A DNA stretch of 64,000 bases, taken from positions 68,155-132,154 of the forward strand of contig CAVOXZ010000017.1 in NCBI GenBank assembly GCA_963700555.1. Reading direction: 5' to 3'. Every line of letters begins with the position of its first letter. The stretch's first letter is position 1. This stretch comes from an uncultured Chloroflexia bacterium (lineage in GTDB: Bacteria > Chloroflexota > Limnocylindria > Limnocylindrales > CSP1-4). Below are positions 1 to 9,645 of the stretch, one piece after another. A program made the translations under genes and the position numbers. The notes beneath the pieces were generated by a model. That model searched no databases. It had not been told where the DNA came from and saw only the letters and a program-made list of their open reading frames with translations.

Positions 1-1021
1 ATCCGCCGCCACCGCCGGCCTGCCCGTCCTCGCCGTGGCGCACGGCGGCAACCTCGAGGAGACCATCTCGCTCCTGGAGATGGGTGCCGACGAGGTGATC
101 GCGAAGCCGTTCAACGACCAGGAGCTGCTCGCCCGAGTGGACGCCCTGGCGTTCCACTCGCAGAGCGCGGCATCCGGCGGTCCCAGCCATTCCATCGGCG
201 CCACGGGGCGCAACCGCCTGGTGTCGGTGTTCAGCCCAAAGGGCGGCGTGGGGACGACGACCGTGGCCACCAACCTGGCCGTCGTCGCCGCCGAGGCACG
301 CCCCAACCAGGTGCTCCTGGTCGACCTCGACCTCGCGTTCGGCCAGGTGGCGTCGCATCTCAACCTGCAGCCCAAGCAGACGCTGCTCGAGCTGTCACGC
401 GACGAGGCGGCCCTCCACGAGACGGACCTCTTCCGGACCTACGCCATCCACCACGCGAGCGGGCTCCACATCCTCGCGTCGCCGCCATCGCCGTCGTTCG
501 CGGGGCTGATCACGGCCGAGCACATCGAGCTCGTGCTGGCACGGGCGCGCGAGGCCTACGAGATCGTCGTCATCGACGCCGGCACCGCGCTCGACAACCG
601 CCTCGCGACGCTCTTCTCGCAGTCGGAGACGGTGGTGGTCCCGGTCCTGCCCGAGATCCCGGCGCTGAACTCCGTCCACATCCTGCTGGAGCAGCTCGCC
701 GACACCGGGGCGCTGGCCGGACGGACGGTGTTCGTGCTCAACAACGCGTTCGCCCGCGAGCTGCTCAAGCGGTCCGACATCGAGACCGCGCTCGGCAACA
801 AGATCACGGCCGAGCTCCCCTACGATCCGATCGTGTACCTCAAGGCCGTCAACGAGGGCAGCCCCGTGGTGCGGAGCGCTCCGAAGTCGATGCCGGCCGA
901 CAAGCTCCGCGCGCTCGCCCTGGCGGTCTTCGGCGCCGCCCTGTCGGCAACCCCGGCGCCGTCGGCTGCCGACGCCGATGCGCACAAGAAGGAGAAGCGG
1001 GGCCTCTTCGGCCGTCGCTGA
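1..1021 (+). CDS. CpaE/TadZ-like Flp/Tad pilus assembly ATPase (end of a receiver-like domain plus MinD/ParA-type ATPase); 5' end lies outside the window
   Basis: ORF 35..1021 stays open to base 1. Deviant Walker A 'FSPKGGVGTTTVATNLA' and 'VLLVDLDL'. N-terminal 'LEMGADEVIAKPF..ELLARV' looks like the end of a REC domain. Confidence 0.75.
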   Translation, partial: SAATAGLPVLAVAHGGNLEETISLLEMGADEVIAKPFNDQELLARVDALAFHSQSAASGGPSHSIGATGRNRLVSVFSPKGGVGTTTVATNLAVVAAEARPNQVLLVDLDLAFGQVASHLNLQPKQTLLELSRDEAALHETDLFRTYAIHHASGLHILASPPSPSFAGLITAEHIELVLARAREAYEIVVIDAGTALDNRLATLFSQSETVVVPVLPEIPALNSVHILLEQLADTGALAGRTVFVLNNAFARELLKRSDIETALGNKITAELPYDPIVYLKAVNEGSPVVRSAPKSMPADKLRALALAVFGAALSATPAPSAADADAHKKEKRGLFGRR

Positions 1022-1038
1022 CCGGAGCTCGACGAGGC

Positions 1039-1125
1039 TGGTGCCGAGGCCGGGATTTGAACCCGGACGGGGTTGCCCCCAGCGGTGTTTAAGACCGCCG
1101 CGTCTGCCGGTTCCGCCACCTCGGC
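1039..1125 (-). tRNA. tRNA-Leu(TAA)
   Basis: Cloverleaf on the reverse complement: acceptor GCCGAGG/CCTCGGC, T-loop TTCAAAT, anticodon loop CT-TAA-AC, long variable arm, CCA encoded (87 nt). Confidence 0.9.
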
Positions 1126-1305
1126 GATGGCTCGTCGCGAGCACCGCGCATCGTACGACGGCCGGTGCCCTCGGTGACGCCGGCGAAGTCTCAACCCGAG
1201 GAGAGCCCGAGGGCCTGACACGCCAATCGCGTACCTGTTGGGATCAGAGGGTCGGTACGGAAACAGAAGACGGGCCCCGGAGGACCCGTTTCATCCTTGG
1301 ATTGG

Positions 1306-1382
1306 TGGAGGCGACGATCGGATTCGAACCGATGAATAGAGGTTTTGCAGACCTCCGTGTTAAGCCACTTCACCACGTCGCC
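1306..1382 (-). tRNA. tRNA-Cys(GCA)
   Basis: Acceptor GGCGACG/CGTCGCC, T-loop TTCGAAT, anticodon loop CT-GCA-AA, discriminator U, CCA encoded (77 nt). Confidence 0.9.
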
Positions 1383-1422
1383 CCGTGGCACCGGTCCATT
1401 CGCGGGCCGGTCGGATTCAGTT

Positions 1423-1496
1423 TGGCTGCCCCTCGAGGATTCGAACCTCGGCTAACGGATCCAAAGTCCGCTGTCCTACCGCTAGACGAAGGGGCA
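1423..1496 (-). tRNA. tRNA-Gln(TTG)
   Basis: 5' UGCCCCU / 3' AGGGGCA-G-CCA (U1:A72, G73 as in bacterial tRNA-Gln), D-arm TCGTCTAGCGGTAGGAC, anticodon loop CT-TTG-GA (74 nt). Confidence 0.88.
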
Positions 1497-1531
1497 GCGG
1501 TGCCGGGCTGGGTCGAGGATACAGGGGGGAG

Positions 1532-1607
1532 TGGAGCGGAAGACGGGACTCGAACCCGCGACCCTCACCTTGGCAAGGTGATGCTCTACCAACTGAGCCA
1601 CTTCCGC
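1532..1607 (-). tRNA. tRNA-Gly(GCC)
   Basis: GCGGAAGTGGCTCAGTTGGTAGAGCATCACCTTGCCAAGGTG..; anticodon loop TT-GCC-AA; CCA encoded (76 nt). Confidence 0.92.
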
Positions 1608-1626
1608 TCGATGACCGACCAGGTGA

Positions 1627-1702
1627 TGGTGCCGAGAGCCAGATTCGAACTGGCGACACCGCGATTTTCAGTCGCGTGCTCTACCAACTGAGCTATCTCG
1701 GC
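1627..1702 (-). tRNA. tRNA-Phe(GAA)
   Basis: GCCGAGATAGCTCAGTTGGTAGAGCACGCGACTGAAAATCGCG..; anticodon loop CT-GAA-AA; CCA encoded (76 nt). Confidence 0.92.
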
Positions 1703-1741
1703 CCGGTCCCGGACCCCCGCGGGAGCCCGTCGGCGCGCCGG

Positions 1742-1771
1742 AGAATAGCACGGGACCTGAACGGGCGGCAA
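1742..1771 (-). promoter_or_regulatory. Putative sigma-70-type promoter for the Phe-Gly-Gln-Cys-Leu tRNA array
   Basis: On the minus strand: TTGCCG (1771-1766), 18-nt spacer, TATTCT (1747-1742), about 35 nt upstream of the tRNA-Phe 5' end. Hexamer match only. Confidence 0.3.
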
Positions 1772-1789
1772 CCGGCCGGGAGCCTCAAG

Positions 1790-2806
1790 TCAGCGTGACC
1801 CGGTGGCTTCCGTGCGGATGTAGGCGGCCTGCGCTGACGGGTCCAGGACAAGGCGGGCGTCGGGCACCGGGGGCTGGCCGGTGAGCTGACGGAGACGGTT
1901 GATTCGCTCGATCGCCGGCGGGTGGGTCGAGAACAGGCCCCGCTTCAATTCGGTCGCCGCCTTGACTGGATTGTCGAAGTAGAGGTGCTGCGTGGCGCGG
2001 TTGGCCACCTCCAGCGGCTCGGTGTCGAGGGTGATCTTCGCGAGCGCGCGCTCGAGCCCGACGGGGTTTCGGGTGAGCTCCACCCCCGAGGCGTCGGCGA
2101 GATACTCGCGCTGCCGGCTCACCGCCAGCTGGACCAGGCGCGCGGCAATCGGGGCGATGATCGCGAGGACGATCGCCACCACGAAGACCACGACCTGGAT
2201 CCCTCCCCCACCCCCCGAGTCACGGCTCCGTCCACCCCGGCCCGCACCACCCCAGAAGGTGAAGCGCAGGAAGAAGTCGGCCAGGAGCGCGATCGATCCG
2301 ACGAGGACGCCGACCATCAGCGAGAAGCGAATGTCGAAGTTGCGGACGTGGCTCAGCTCGTGGGCCATGACCCCCTGGAGCTCCTCCCGGTCGAGCTTCT
2401 GGAGGAGGCCGGTCGTGATCGCCACGGATGCATGGGCTGGGTCCCGCCCGGTCGCGAACGCGTTGGGGGCCGTGTCGTTGATGAGGTAGACCCGGGGCAT
2501 GGGCACGTTGGCCGCGATGGCGAGCTCCTGGACGATGTTGAGGAGCTGCGGCATGTCCGGCGGCTTGACCTCGCGCGCGCCCGACGTTGCGAGGACCAGC
2601 GAGTCGCCGAGGAAGTACGAGAACAGGGAGGCCAGGAGCCCGACCCCGATCGCGATCCCCGTCGACGGCAGGGCCGCGCGTGGATCCCCCGTGACCCCCC
2701 ACCCGATGAACAGGCCGAGCAGCCCGAGCAGGATGACGACGGCCAGGGCGAGGATGACGGAGTTCCGCTTGTTCGCCCCGATCTGGCCGTAGAAGGTGGT
2801 TGCCAT
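1790..2806 (-). CDS. htpX: HtpX-like M48 zinc metalloprotease (membrane)
   Basis: ORF 1790..2806 with ATG at 2806. HExxH motif 'AHELSHVRNFD', several TM segments, directly downstream of lemA. Confidence 0.9.
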   Translation of the reverse strand: MATTFYGQIGANKRNSVILALAVVILLGLLGLFIGWGVTGDPRAALPSTGIAIGVGLLASLFSYFLGDSLVLATSGAREVKPPDMPQLLNIVQELAIAANVPMPRVYLINDTAPNAFATGRDPAHASVAITTGLLQKLDREELQGVMAHELSHVRNFDIRFSLMVGVLVGSIALLADFFLRFTFWGGAGRGGRSRDSGGGGGIQVVVFVVAIVLAIIAPIAARLVQLAVSRQREYLADASGVELTRNPVGLERALAKITLDTEPLEVANRATQHLYFDNPVKAATELKRGLFSTHPPAIERINRLRQLTGQPPVPDARLVLDPSAQAAYIRTEATGSR

Positions 2807-2842
2807 GGTGGTCCAGCGCGGCGCCCGGCCGGGCGCGGCCTG

Positions 2843-3406
2843 CTAGTTCAGCGTCAGGTCCACGTTCGGGACGTTGGCGGCCTCGGGCTCAGCGTCGAAG
2901 AACTCGCGCTTGGAGAAGCCGAGGGGGCCCGCGACCAGGACGCTGGGGATCGTCTGGATCGTGTTGTTGTAGTCGAGAACCGTGGCGTTGTAGTGCTGGC
3001 GCGAGAAGCTGATCTGGTTCTCGGTGGTGGTGAGCTCCTCCTGGAGCTGCATCACGTTCTGGTTGGCCTTCAGTTCCGGGTAGTTCTCGACGACCGCGAA
3101 CAGGCTGCGCAGGGCCCCGGTCAGCATGCCCTCGGCCTGCGCCTGCTGGGCGGGTCCCTGGGCGCCGGCGGCGACGGCCGAGGCACGGGCCTCGGTGACC
3201 CGGGTGAGCACGTCCTGCTCGAAGCCCATGTAGCCCTTCACGGCCTGCACGAGGTTCGGGATCAGGTCATGCCGGCGCTTGAGCTGGACCTCGATCTGCG
3301 CAAACGCCTCGTCGATGCGGTTGCGGCGGGTGACGAGACCGTTGTAGATCCCGACGAACACGAGGACGATGACGACGACGATCGCCAGGATGACGATGAG
3401 TTCCAT
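2843..3406 (-). CDS. lemA: LemA family membrane protein
   Basis: ORF 2843..3454. The best start is ATG 3406 ('MELIVILAIVVVIVLVFVGIYNGLV..' TM helix) with GGGAGG at 3411-3416. 'RRNRIDEAFAQIEVQLKRRHDLIPNLV' is typical of LemA. Confidence 0.9.
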   Translation of the reverse strand: MELIVILAIVVVIVLVFVGIYNGLVTRRNRIDEAFAQIEVQLKRRHDLIPNLVQAVKGYMGFEQDVLTRVTEARASAVAAGAQGPAQQAQAEGMLTGALRSLFAVVENYPELKANQNVMQLQEELTTTENQISFSRQHYNATVLDYNNTIQTIPSVLVAGPLGFSKREFFDAEPEAANVPNVDLTLN

Positions 3407-3848
3407 TGGGCCTCCCTGGTGTGCGCGGGCGCACGGTTTCCTGACACGCAGCATACCGCGTGCGGTTCCAGCGTCGGGGTCGCGGCTGGCAGCCCCGCGT
3501 GCATCTCGCCACCCGATATCTCGGCGCGCGATCTGATGCCTGCCCTGACGTCCCGTGTCGTGGCGTCAGGCGCCACGGTCGCGCCGATGCGGGGCGATCC
3601 CGGGGCCGCTCTGATCGGGATCTGGATCAGATCCGACGCCTCCGCTCGGCGGTCGCTCCTCGAAGCAGGGGTTTCGGGTCCCGGGCCCTGCTCCGACGGG
3701 TCCGTCCTGATGCAGATCGCAATCACGGATCCGCGAGCCCCTTCTCCGCGCGGCGCTACGCCCGCCGGCGTGCCTCCCAGGCATCCTGCAGGTCGAGGAT
3801 TCGCAGCATCACGCGACCGATCAAGGGGCACCTCCGCTGGGCAGGGGG

Positions 3849-3925
<77 letters not shown>

Positions 3926-3975
3926 GGAATCGCGGACGGGCGGCCAGTCGGCCGCCCGTGACGAGGTCAGGAGGG

Positions 3976-4060
3976 TGGTGCCCAGGCCGGGACTTGAACC
4001 CGGATGAGTTGCCTCATACGCCCCTCAAACGTACGCGTATACCAATTCCGCCACCTGGGC
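3976..4060 (-). tRNA. tRNA-Leu(GAG)
   Basis: GCCCAGGTGGCGGAATTGGTATACGCG..; anticodon loop TT-GAG-GG; long variable arm; CCA encoded (85 nt). Confidence 0.88.
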
Positions 4061-4101
4061 TGGTGCACCTTCGCCGGCGTCGGGGACCCCCACGATGAGG
4101 G

Positions 4102-4187
4102 TGGTACCGAGGGAGGGAGTCGAACCCACACGGCCTTGCAGCCACTGGTACCTGAAACCAGCGCGTCTACCATTCCGCCACCTCGGC
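4102..4187 (-). tRNA. tRNA-Leu(CAG)
   Basis: GCCGAGGTGGCGGAATGGTAGACGCGCTGGTTTCAGGTACCAG..; anticodon loop TT-CAG-GT; long variable arm; CCA encoded (86 nt). Confidence 0.9.
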
Positions 4188-4215
4188 CCGACCGCGAACC
4201 GGGGCGCCCGAGGGC

Positions 4216-5961
4216 TCACCGGTCTGCAGCGAGGCGCCATGCTAGCACATCCCAATACCGATCGCCCGTGTTCACGATGAGCCGCGGCGTCACGCCTTCC
4301 AGCCCCCGGGCGAGCATGATCTCGTCGATCCAGGCGAGCGGCAGGATGGGCTGCCGGGTGGCCAGCCCGGCGAGCAGCGCCGTCCACGCCGTGGCTCGCT
4401 CCTCCTGGGTCCCGGGGGCGCGTGCCGCCTCCAGGAGCGGGTCCAGCGTCGGGTCCTGGTAGCCGGCGAGGTTGGATCCGGTCGACTGGACCTGTGTGGT
4501 GGCGAGCAGCGGGTAGAGATCGGGCTCCAGGCCTTCCGCGATGTCCACCACCGCCGCCGTGAAGGTTCCCTCTCGAAGGCGGGACGCCACGTCGCCAGCC
4601 TTCAGCGTCACCGCCTGCACGTCGAACCCGAACTCGCGCCAGGCGCTCCGCACAGCGTCCGCGACGGCGGCGAGACGCGGATTGGAGGACGACGGGACGC
4701 CGAGCACCTCGAGAGCGTAGGGGGCCTTGCCACCGGGCGCGACCCACTGGCCGTCCTTCTTCGTCCAGCCGGCCTTGTCCAGCGCCTTGGCTGCCGCCTT
4801 GGGGTCGAAGGCGACACGTCCGGCCGCCGTGGCATCGAACACGCCCGACGTTGGGGGGATCAGCGCATCGGCCCGGGTGGCGTCGCCGCCGAGCACGCCG
4901 GCGACAAGCTGGTCGCGGTCGATCGCAGCGAGGAGCGCGCGCCGGACAGTCTCGTCACGGAGCTCCTCGTGGTCCGGACGCAGGTTGAGCAGCACGGCGG
5001 AGAGCGTGGTCTTGGGATAGACCAGCCGATCGAGGCCGGCGTCGGCCGCGATCCCGTCCAGCGTGGCAGCCGACAGGCCGGCGACGACGTCGACCTCGCG
5101 GCCCTCCAGTGCGGTCGCGAGCGCAGCCTCGTCCGGATAGAAGCGGACCCGCAGCTCGTCGAGATAGGGACGTGGCAGTCCCGCGCTGGGCTGGGGCAGC
5201 GGCGTCGCGAGCGAATCCCCGGAGGGGCTCGGTGACGCGCCGCCGAGGGGCTCGTCGGGCTCGGGCGCCACGACGCCCGACGCAGGGACGAGCGTGGCCC
5301 CCTGCGCATCCACCTCGAGCAGCGAGAAGGGACCACTGCCGAGCGGGAACTGCGCGAAGTCGCTGGCTGCCAGGTCCGCGTACGGGACCTCGGCGAGCAG
5401 GTGGGCCGGGAGCAGGGGCTGGGTGGCCAGCGCGAGCACGCCGGCGATCGGCGTGCCCAGCATCAGCCGAACCGTCCGCTCATCGACCGCCTCGACGGTC
5501 ACGTCGGCCCATGCACCGGCGGCGGCCCCGGCCGCGTCGGGACTCTGCAGCGCGCCGACGGTGTACACCACGTCCTCCGCGGTGACCGGGATCCCGTCGT
5601 GCCAGACGGCGTCAGCCCGGATCGTGAAGGTCCAGGCCGAACCCGTCTCGTCGGTCGTCCACGACTCGGCGAGGTCCGGCTGGTAGGTGCTGCCGGGACC
5701 GAGCCGCACGAGCCCGCTGAACACGAGCCCGACCAGCACCCGATCGGCCCGGCTGCGCATCGTCACCGGGGTGATCGACGTCGGCGTGCCCACCACGCCC
5801 TCGCGCAGGATGATCGGCGAGGGCATCGTGATGTCGGGGGTGGCGGCGGCCTGCCCGCCGGGATCCGGTCCTGCCCGCTGGCGGGGCGTCGCGATCACGG
5901 CACCCAGGACGACAAGCGCCGTCACGAGGGCGACCACGATCACGCGATCGCGACGGTTCAC
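4216..5961 (-). CDS. ABC transporter substrate-binding protein, family 5 (peptide/nickel, DppA/OppA-like), membrane-anchored; no partner permease or ATPase adjacent
   Basis: ORF 4216..6126. 'DLAESWTTDETGSAWTFTIRADAVWHDGIPVTAEDVVYT' is a typical SBP_bac_5 core. The annotated N-terminus overlaps secG, so GTG 5961 ('VNRRDRVIVVALVTALVVLGAV') is proposed as the start. Confidence 0.8.
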   Translation of the reverse strand: MNRRDRVIVVALVTALVVLGAVIATPRQRAGPDPGGQAAATPDITMPSPIILREGVVGTPTSITPVTMRSRADRVLVGLVFSGLVRLGPGSTYQPDLAESWTTDETGSAWTFTIRADAVWHDGIPVTAEDVVYTVGALQSPDAAGAAAGAWADVTVEAVDERTVRLMLGTPIAGVLALATQPLLPAHLLAEVPYADLAASDFAQFPLGSGPFSLLEVDAQGATLVPASGVVAPEPDEPLGGASPSPSGDSLATPLPQPSAGLPRPYLDELRVRFYPDEAALATALEGREVDVVAGLSAATLDGIAADAGLDRLVYPKTTLSAVLLNLRPDHEELRDETVRRALLAAIDRDQLVAGVLGGDATRADALIPPTSGVFDATAAGRVAFDPKAAAKALDKAGWTKKDGQWVAPGGKAPYALEVLGVPSSSNPRLAAVADAVRSAWREFGFDVQAVTLKAGDVASRLREGTFTAAVVDIAEGLEPDLYPLLATTQVQSTGSNLAGYQDPTLDPLLEAARAPGTQEERATAWTALLAGLATRQPILPLAWIDEIMLARGLEGVTPRLIVNTGDRYWDVLAWRLAADR

Positions 5962-6001
5962 GGGCTGGGACTCCGCGGGTGCGACCGCAGCCGGGCCGCG
6001 A

Positions 6002-6223
6002 TCAGCGGACGTAGAGGAACGAGACCAGCGCGAAGACGATGAACAGCACGAGCAGCAGGATCGTGAACTGCCACAGCCGGCGCTCCACGCCGCGGCGGCT
6101 GCGGTACACGCCCAAATCGCCGCCAAAGGTCCCGGACAGACCGGTGCCGCGCGCCTGCAACAGGATGGACGCGATCAGCGCGATGCTGAGCAGGATCTGT
6201 CCGACGGCCAGGATCGGGTTCAC
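6002..6223 (-). CDS. secG: Preprotein translocase subunit SecG
   Basis: 73 aa with two TM helices. 'LLQARGTGLSGTFGG' motif. GGAGGT at 6234-6239. Confidence 0.85.
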   Translation of the reverse strand: MNPILAVGQILLSIALIASILLQARGTGLSGTFGGDLGVYRSRRGVERRLWQFTILLLVLFIVFALVSFLYVR

Positions 6224-6329
6224 GAGTGCAGCAACCTCCGATGGGTGACGGAGGCGGATGGTAGCAGACGTGACCGCCCCCGCCCCGTTTCCCGCTCCGG
6301 TCCCGCTGCCACGGGTGCCCGGGCCGGCC

Positions 6330-7919
6330 TCATGACCCGCGCTCGGGCGGCGTCAGCCGCGACCGACCGGTCATCCCGTCCCATCGAGGCAGACCTGCCA
6401 GGTCGAGGATCGTGGGTGCGACATCGGCGAGCACCCCGTCCTCGAGGTGCCGGCCATCGAGGGCGCGGCCCATCCCGAGCAGCGGGACCGGGTTGAGCGA
6501 ATGCTTGGTCACGGGCTTGCCGGCATCGTCGACCATGTCGTCAGCGTTGCCGTGGTCGGCCGTGACGAACAGGGCGGCGCCCGGTCCGTCCGGCTCGGCT
6601 GCGTCGACCGCGAGGATCGCGTCGAACACCCGGCCGAGACAGCCGTCGATGACGCCGAGGGCCGTCACGGTGGCGTCCCAGACGCCGGTGTGGCCGACCA
6701 TGTCGGGGTTCGCGAAGTTGGCGACGATGAAGTCGTACCGGCCGCTCCCGATCGCCGCGACCAGCTCCTCGGTCACGCCGGCGGCGCTCATCTCGGGCTG
6801 GAGGTCGTAGGTGGCGACCTTGGGCGACGGGACCAGCCGCCGTTCCTCTCCCGGCCAGGCCGCCTCCACCCCGCCATTGAAGAAGTAGGTCACGTGGGCG
6901 TACTTCTCGGTCTCGGCGACATGGAACTGCGTCCAGCCCGCCTCGCTGACGGCCTGGGCCAGCGAGCGCGCCTCCTCGGGACCGAAGGCGACGCTGACCG
7001 GGAGGCCCGACTCGTACTCGGTCATCGTGACCACGAGCAGGTCCCGGGGAGCGGGCCGCCCAGCAGGCGAGCGGCGATCGAAGTCGGCGAAGGCAGCGTC
7101 GGCCAGGGCATGCGTGAGCTGGCGCGCCCGGTCGGCCCGGAAGTTGACGTGGACGATTGGATCCCGGTCCTGCAGGGCACCCGCGGTGCCGTCGACGATG
7201 GTGGGATCAACGAACTCGTCCGTCTCGCCGCGGGCGTAGGCCTCCTCGATGGCCGCCGTCGCGGACGCCGCGTGCCGTCCCTCCGCGTGGACGATGGCGT
7301 CGTAGCCACGCTCCGTCCGCTCCCAGCGACGGTCACGGTCCATCGCGTAGTAGCGGCCGCCGACGGAGGCGATCCGGGCGTCCGGATGGACCACCGCGAG
7401 ACGTGCCTCGAGGTCACGCATGAACGCGAGCGCCGAGCTCGGCGGGGTGTCTCGGCCGTCGAGCAGCGCGTGGATCCGCACCGCGGGCACGCCCATGCGA
7501 GCCGCCAGCTCGACGAGGGCGATCAGGTGCCGGTCATTGGCGTGGACGCCGCCGGGGCCGATGAGACCCACCGCGTGGAGGCGGCCCGTCTCCTTCGCCC
7601 GCTCACAGGCGACGACGAGCGCCGGCCGGGTTGCGAACGAGCCCTCGGCAATCGCGGCGTCGATCCGCGGCAGGTCCTGCAGAACCGGCCGTCCGGCACC
7701 CAGGTTGAGGTGGCCGACCTCGGAGTTGCCCATCTGGCCCGGGGGCAGGCCCACGGCATCCTCGGATGCGCGCAGGACCGAGTGCGGCCAGCGGGCCAGC
7801 GCAGCCCGCCAGCGCGGCATCGGGGCGGCCGCGATCGCATCCTTCGCCGGGTCGGGGCCGATCCCGAACCCGTCGAGCACGACCAGCACGATCGGGCGCG
7901 GCCGTGATCCCCCGCTCAC
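6330..7919 (-). CDS. gpmI: 2,3-bisphosphoglycerate-independent phosphoglycerate mutase
   Basis: ORF 6330..8195. 'IVLVVLDGFGI' and 'GQMGNSEVGHLNLGAGR'. GTG 7919 overlaps the tpiA stop (GTGA), giving 530 codons. Confidence 0.9.
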   Translation of the reverse strand: MSGGSRPRPIVLVVLDGFGIGPDPAKDAIAAAPMPRWRAALARWPHSVLRASEDAVGLPPGQMGNSEVGHLNLGAGRPVLQDLPRIDAAIAEGSFATRPALVVACERAKETGRLHAVGLIGPGGVHANDRHLIALVELAARMGVPAVRIHALLDGRDTPPSSALAFMRDLEARLAVVHPDARIASVGGRYYAMDRDRRWERTERGYDAIVHAEGRHAASATAAIEEAYARGETDEFVDPTIVDGTAGALQDRDPIVHVNFRADRARQLTHALADAAFADFDRRSPAGRPAPRDLLVVTMTEYESGLPVSVAFGPEEARSLAQAVSEAGWTQFHVAETEKYAHVTYFFNGGVEAAWPGEERRLVPSPKVATYDLQPEMSAAGVTEELVAAIGSGRYDFIVANFANPDMVGHTGVWDATVTALGVIDGCLGRVFDAILAVDAAEPDGPGAALFVTADHGNADDMVDDAGKPVTKHSLNPVPLLGMGRALDGRHLEDGVLADVAPTILDLAGLPRWDGMTGRSRLTPPERGS

Positions 7920-8713
7920 GAGGCGAGGCCGCGCGCCCGGGCGGTGATCCCGGCGCGAGCGGCGATCCCGGCCATCTCGTCCGGCTTGAGCGAGGCGCCG
8001 CCGATCAGGGCCCCGTCGACACCGGGCTCGGCGAGGAACTCGCCGATGTTCGCGGAGGTGACGGAGCCACCGTAGAGGACCGGCGTCGCGTCGGCCCCGT
8101 CGCCCCAGCCGAGACCACGCAGGCTCGCCCGGATCGCGTCGGCCATGGCCGCGGCATCCGAGCCGAAGGCGTTCTTGCCGGTGCCGATGGCCCACACGGG
8201 CTCATAGGCGATGACGAGCCCGGCCGCAAGGAGCGCGACGGGGTCGCGCCCCTCGAGCGCGCCCTTGAGCTGGCCGTCGACGACCTGCGTCTCGCGGCCG
8301 GCCTCGCGGTCCGCGAGGACCTCGCCCACGCACAGGATGGGTCGGAGGCCGCCGGCAACGGCGCGCTCCAGCTTGCTGCCGATCAGGGCGTCGGTCTCGC
8401 CGGAGTAGGCCCGCCGCTCGGAGTGCCCGAGGATCACCCACGTGGCGAGCCCGCTGAGCATCGGGACCGACACCTCGCCGGTGTAGGCCCCGGCAAGCTC
8501 ATGGTGGACGTTCTGGGCACCAACTCCCACGTCCTCGCCGGCGAGCGCGTCACGGACGGCGGCCAGGCTGACGTAGGGCGGGCAGATGACCCGGGTGACC
8601 CCCGGCTCCCTGGTCCGGGAGGCGATGGTCCGCGCGAGCTCTCCGGCATCGGCGGGGGTGGTGTTCATCTTCCAGTTGGCGGCAATCACGATCGGGCGGT
8701 TCATGCCCGCCAT
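7916..8713 (-). CDS. tpiA: Triosephosphate isomerase
   Basis: 'IVIAANWKMN', 'VILGHSERR', 'IAYEPVWAIGTG'. Intact 265-aa ORF. Confidence 0.95.
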   Translation of the reverse strand: MAGMNRPIVIAANWKMNTTPADAGELARTIASRTREPGVTRVICPPYVSLAAVRDALAGEDVGVGAQNVHHELAGAYTGEVSVPMLSGLATWVILGHSERRAYSGETDALIGSKLERAVAGGLRPILCVGEVLADREAGRETQVVDGQLKGALEGRDPVALLAAGLVIAYEPVWAIGTGKNAFGSDAAAMADAIRASLRGLGWGDGADATPVLYGGSVTSANIGEFLAEPGVDGALIGGASLKPDEMAGIAARAGITARARGLAS

Positions 8714-8733
8714 GATGCCAGAGGGCAGCGGTG

Positions 8734-9636
8734 CTACCGACGGCCGACCGGCCTCCCGGAACCCGCCGCGCGGCCCGGACGACCCCGGCCGGGAGGCTCC
8801 CCGTAGCCGGCGCCGGATGACCCCCCACGACGCCGCCCGACCCCTTCGTCGTCGTGGAGCACGAGGCGCTCCAGCCGGTCCAGCGCCCGCTGCACCGTGC
8901 TCCGGTGGAGGTCCAGGCGCGTCGCGATGTCGGACAGGGAGGCCTCCGGGGTCTCCCGCCGGGCCTCCGCCACGGCCCGCACCGTGCGCGGCTGCGTCGC
9001 GAGGCGTCCGTCGGCCTCGAGGGCGTCGATCGCGGCCAGCTGGCGCCCGGCAGCCTCCACCGAGCGCTGGAGGTTCGCCGACTCCGCGTTGAGCACCCGG
9101 TTCAGCTCACCGCGAAGGGTCCTCGCCACGCTCCTCGCCTCGAGCTCGAGGAGGGCGCCGCTGCCCCCGATCCGGCCGAGGAAGGCGGTGATCGACTCCG
9201 TGCTCTTCCAGGTCACCACCCCCCGCCCGCGGCGAAGGCGCCACGACGCCGGCAGGCCGACATCGCCAAGGCGACTCGCGAGCCGCGGTGCCTCGTCGGC
9301 CGGCACGGTGAACTCGAGATGCGCGCGGCCCGCGGCGAGGCTGAGCGACCCGCGCGCGAGAAACCGGCCGCGCAGCCAGGCGAGGCGGCAGTGGTCGGCC
9401 GCCGCGGCCCAGTCCAGGTCCGTCGCCGGCAGCAGGAAGGTGCGGCGGGCGACTCCCCCACCCTCGCGGGCATGGCCGCCGAGACGGATCACGAGGCGTG
9501 CGACGGCCGGCTCCCGCGCATGCACGCGCGCTCCCAGCCCCGCGATCTCGGCCTGCCGATCGCAGGCCCGAGCGGGGTCGATGGCTGCCACCTCGGCGCG
9601 CAGCGCCGCCACGAGGTCCCGGTCCGACCCGGCCAT
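8734..9636 (-). CDS. whiA: DNA-binding protein WhiA
   Basis: 300-aa ORF with ATG 9636. It has a LAGLIDADG-like N-terminal region and a C-terminal HTH ('SLSDIATRLDLHRSTVQRALDRL'), and sits after yvcK/rapZ. Confidence 0.85.
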   Translation of the reverse strand: MAGSDRDLVAALRAEVAAIDPARACDRQAEIAGLGARVHAREPAVARLVIRLGGHAREGGGVARRTFLLPATDLDWAAAADHCRLAWLRGRFLARGSLSLAAGRAHLEFTVPADEAPRLASRLGDVGLPASWRLRRGRGVVTWKSTESITAFLGRIGGSGALLELEARSVARTLRGELNRVLNAESANLQRSVEAAGRQLAAIDALEADGRLATQPRTVRAVAEARRETPEASLSDIATRLDLHRSTVQRALDRLERLVLHDDEGVGRRRGGSSGAGYGEPPGRGRPGRAAGSGRPVGRR

Positions 9637-9645
9637 CGGCTCCCG

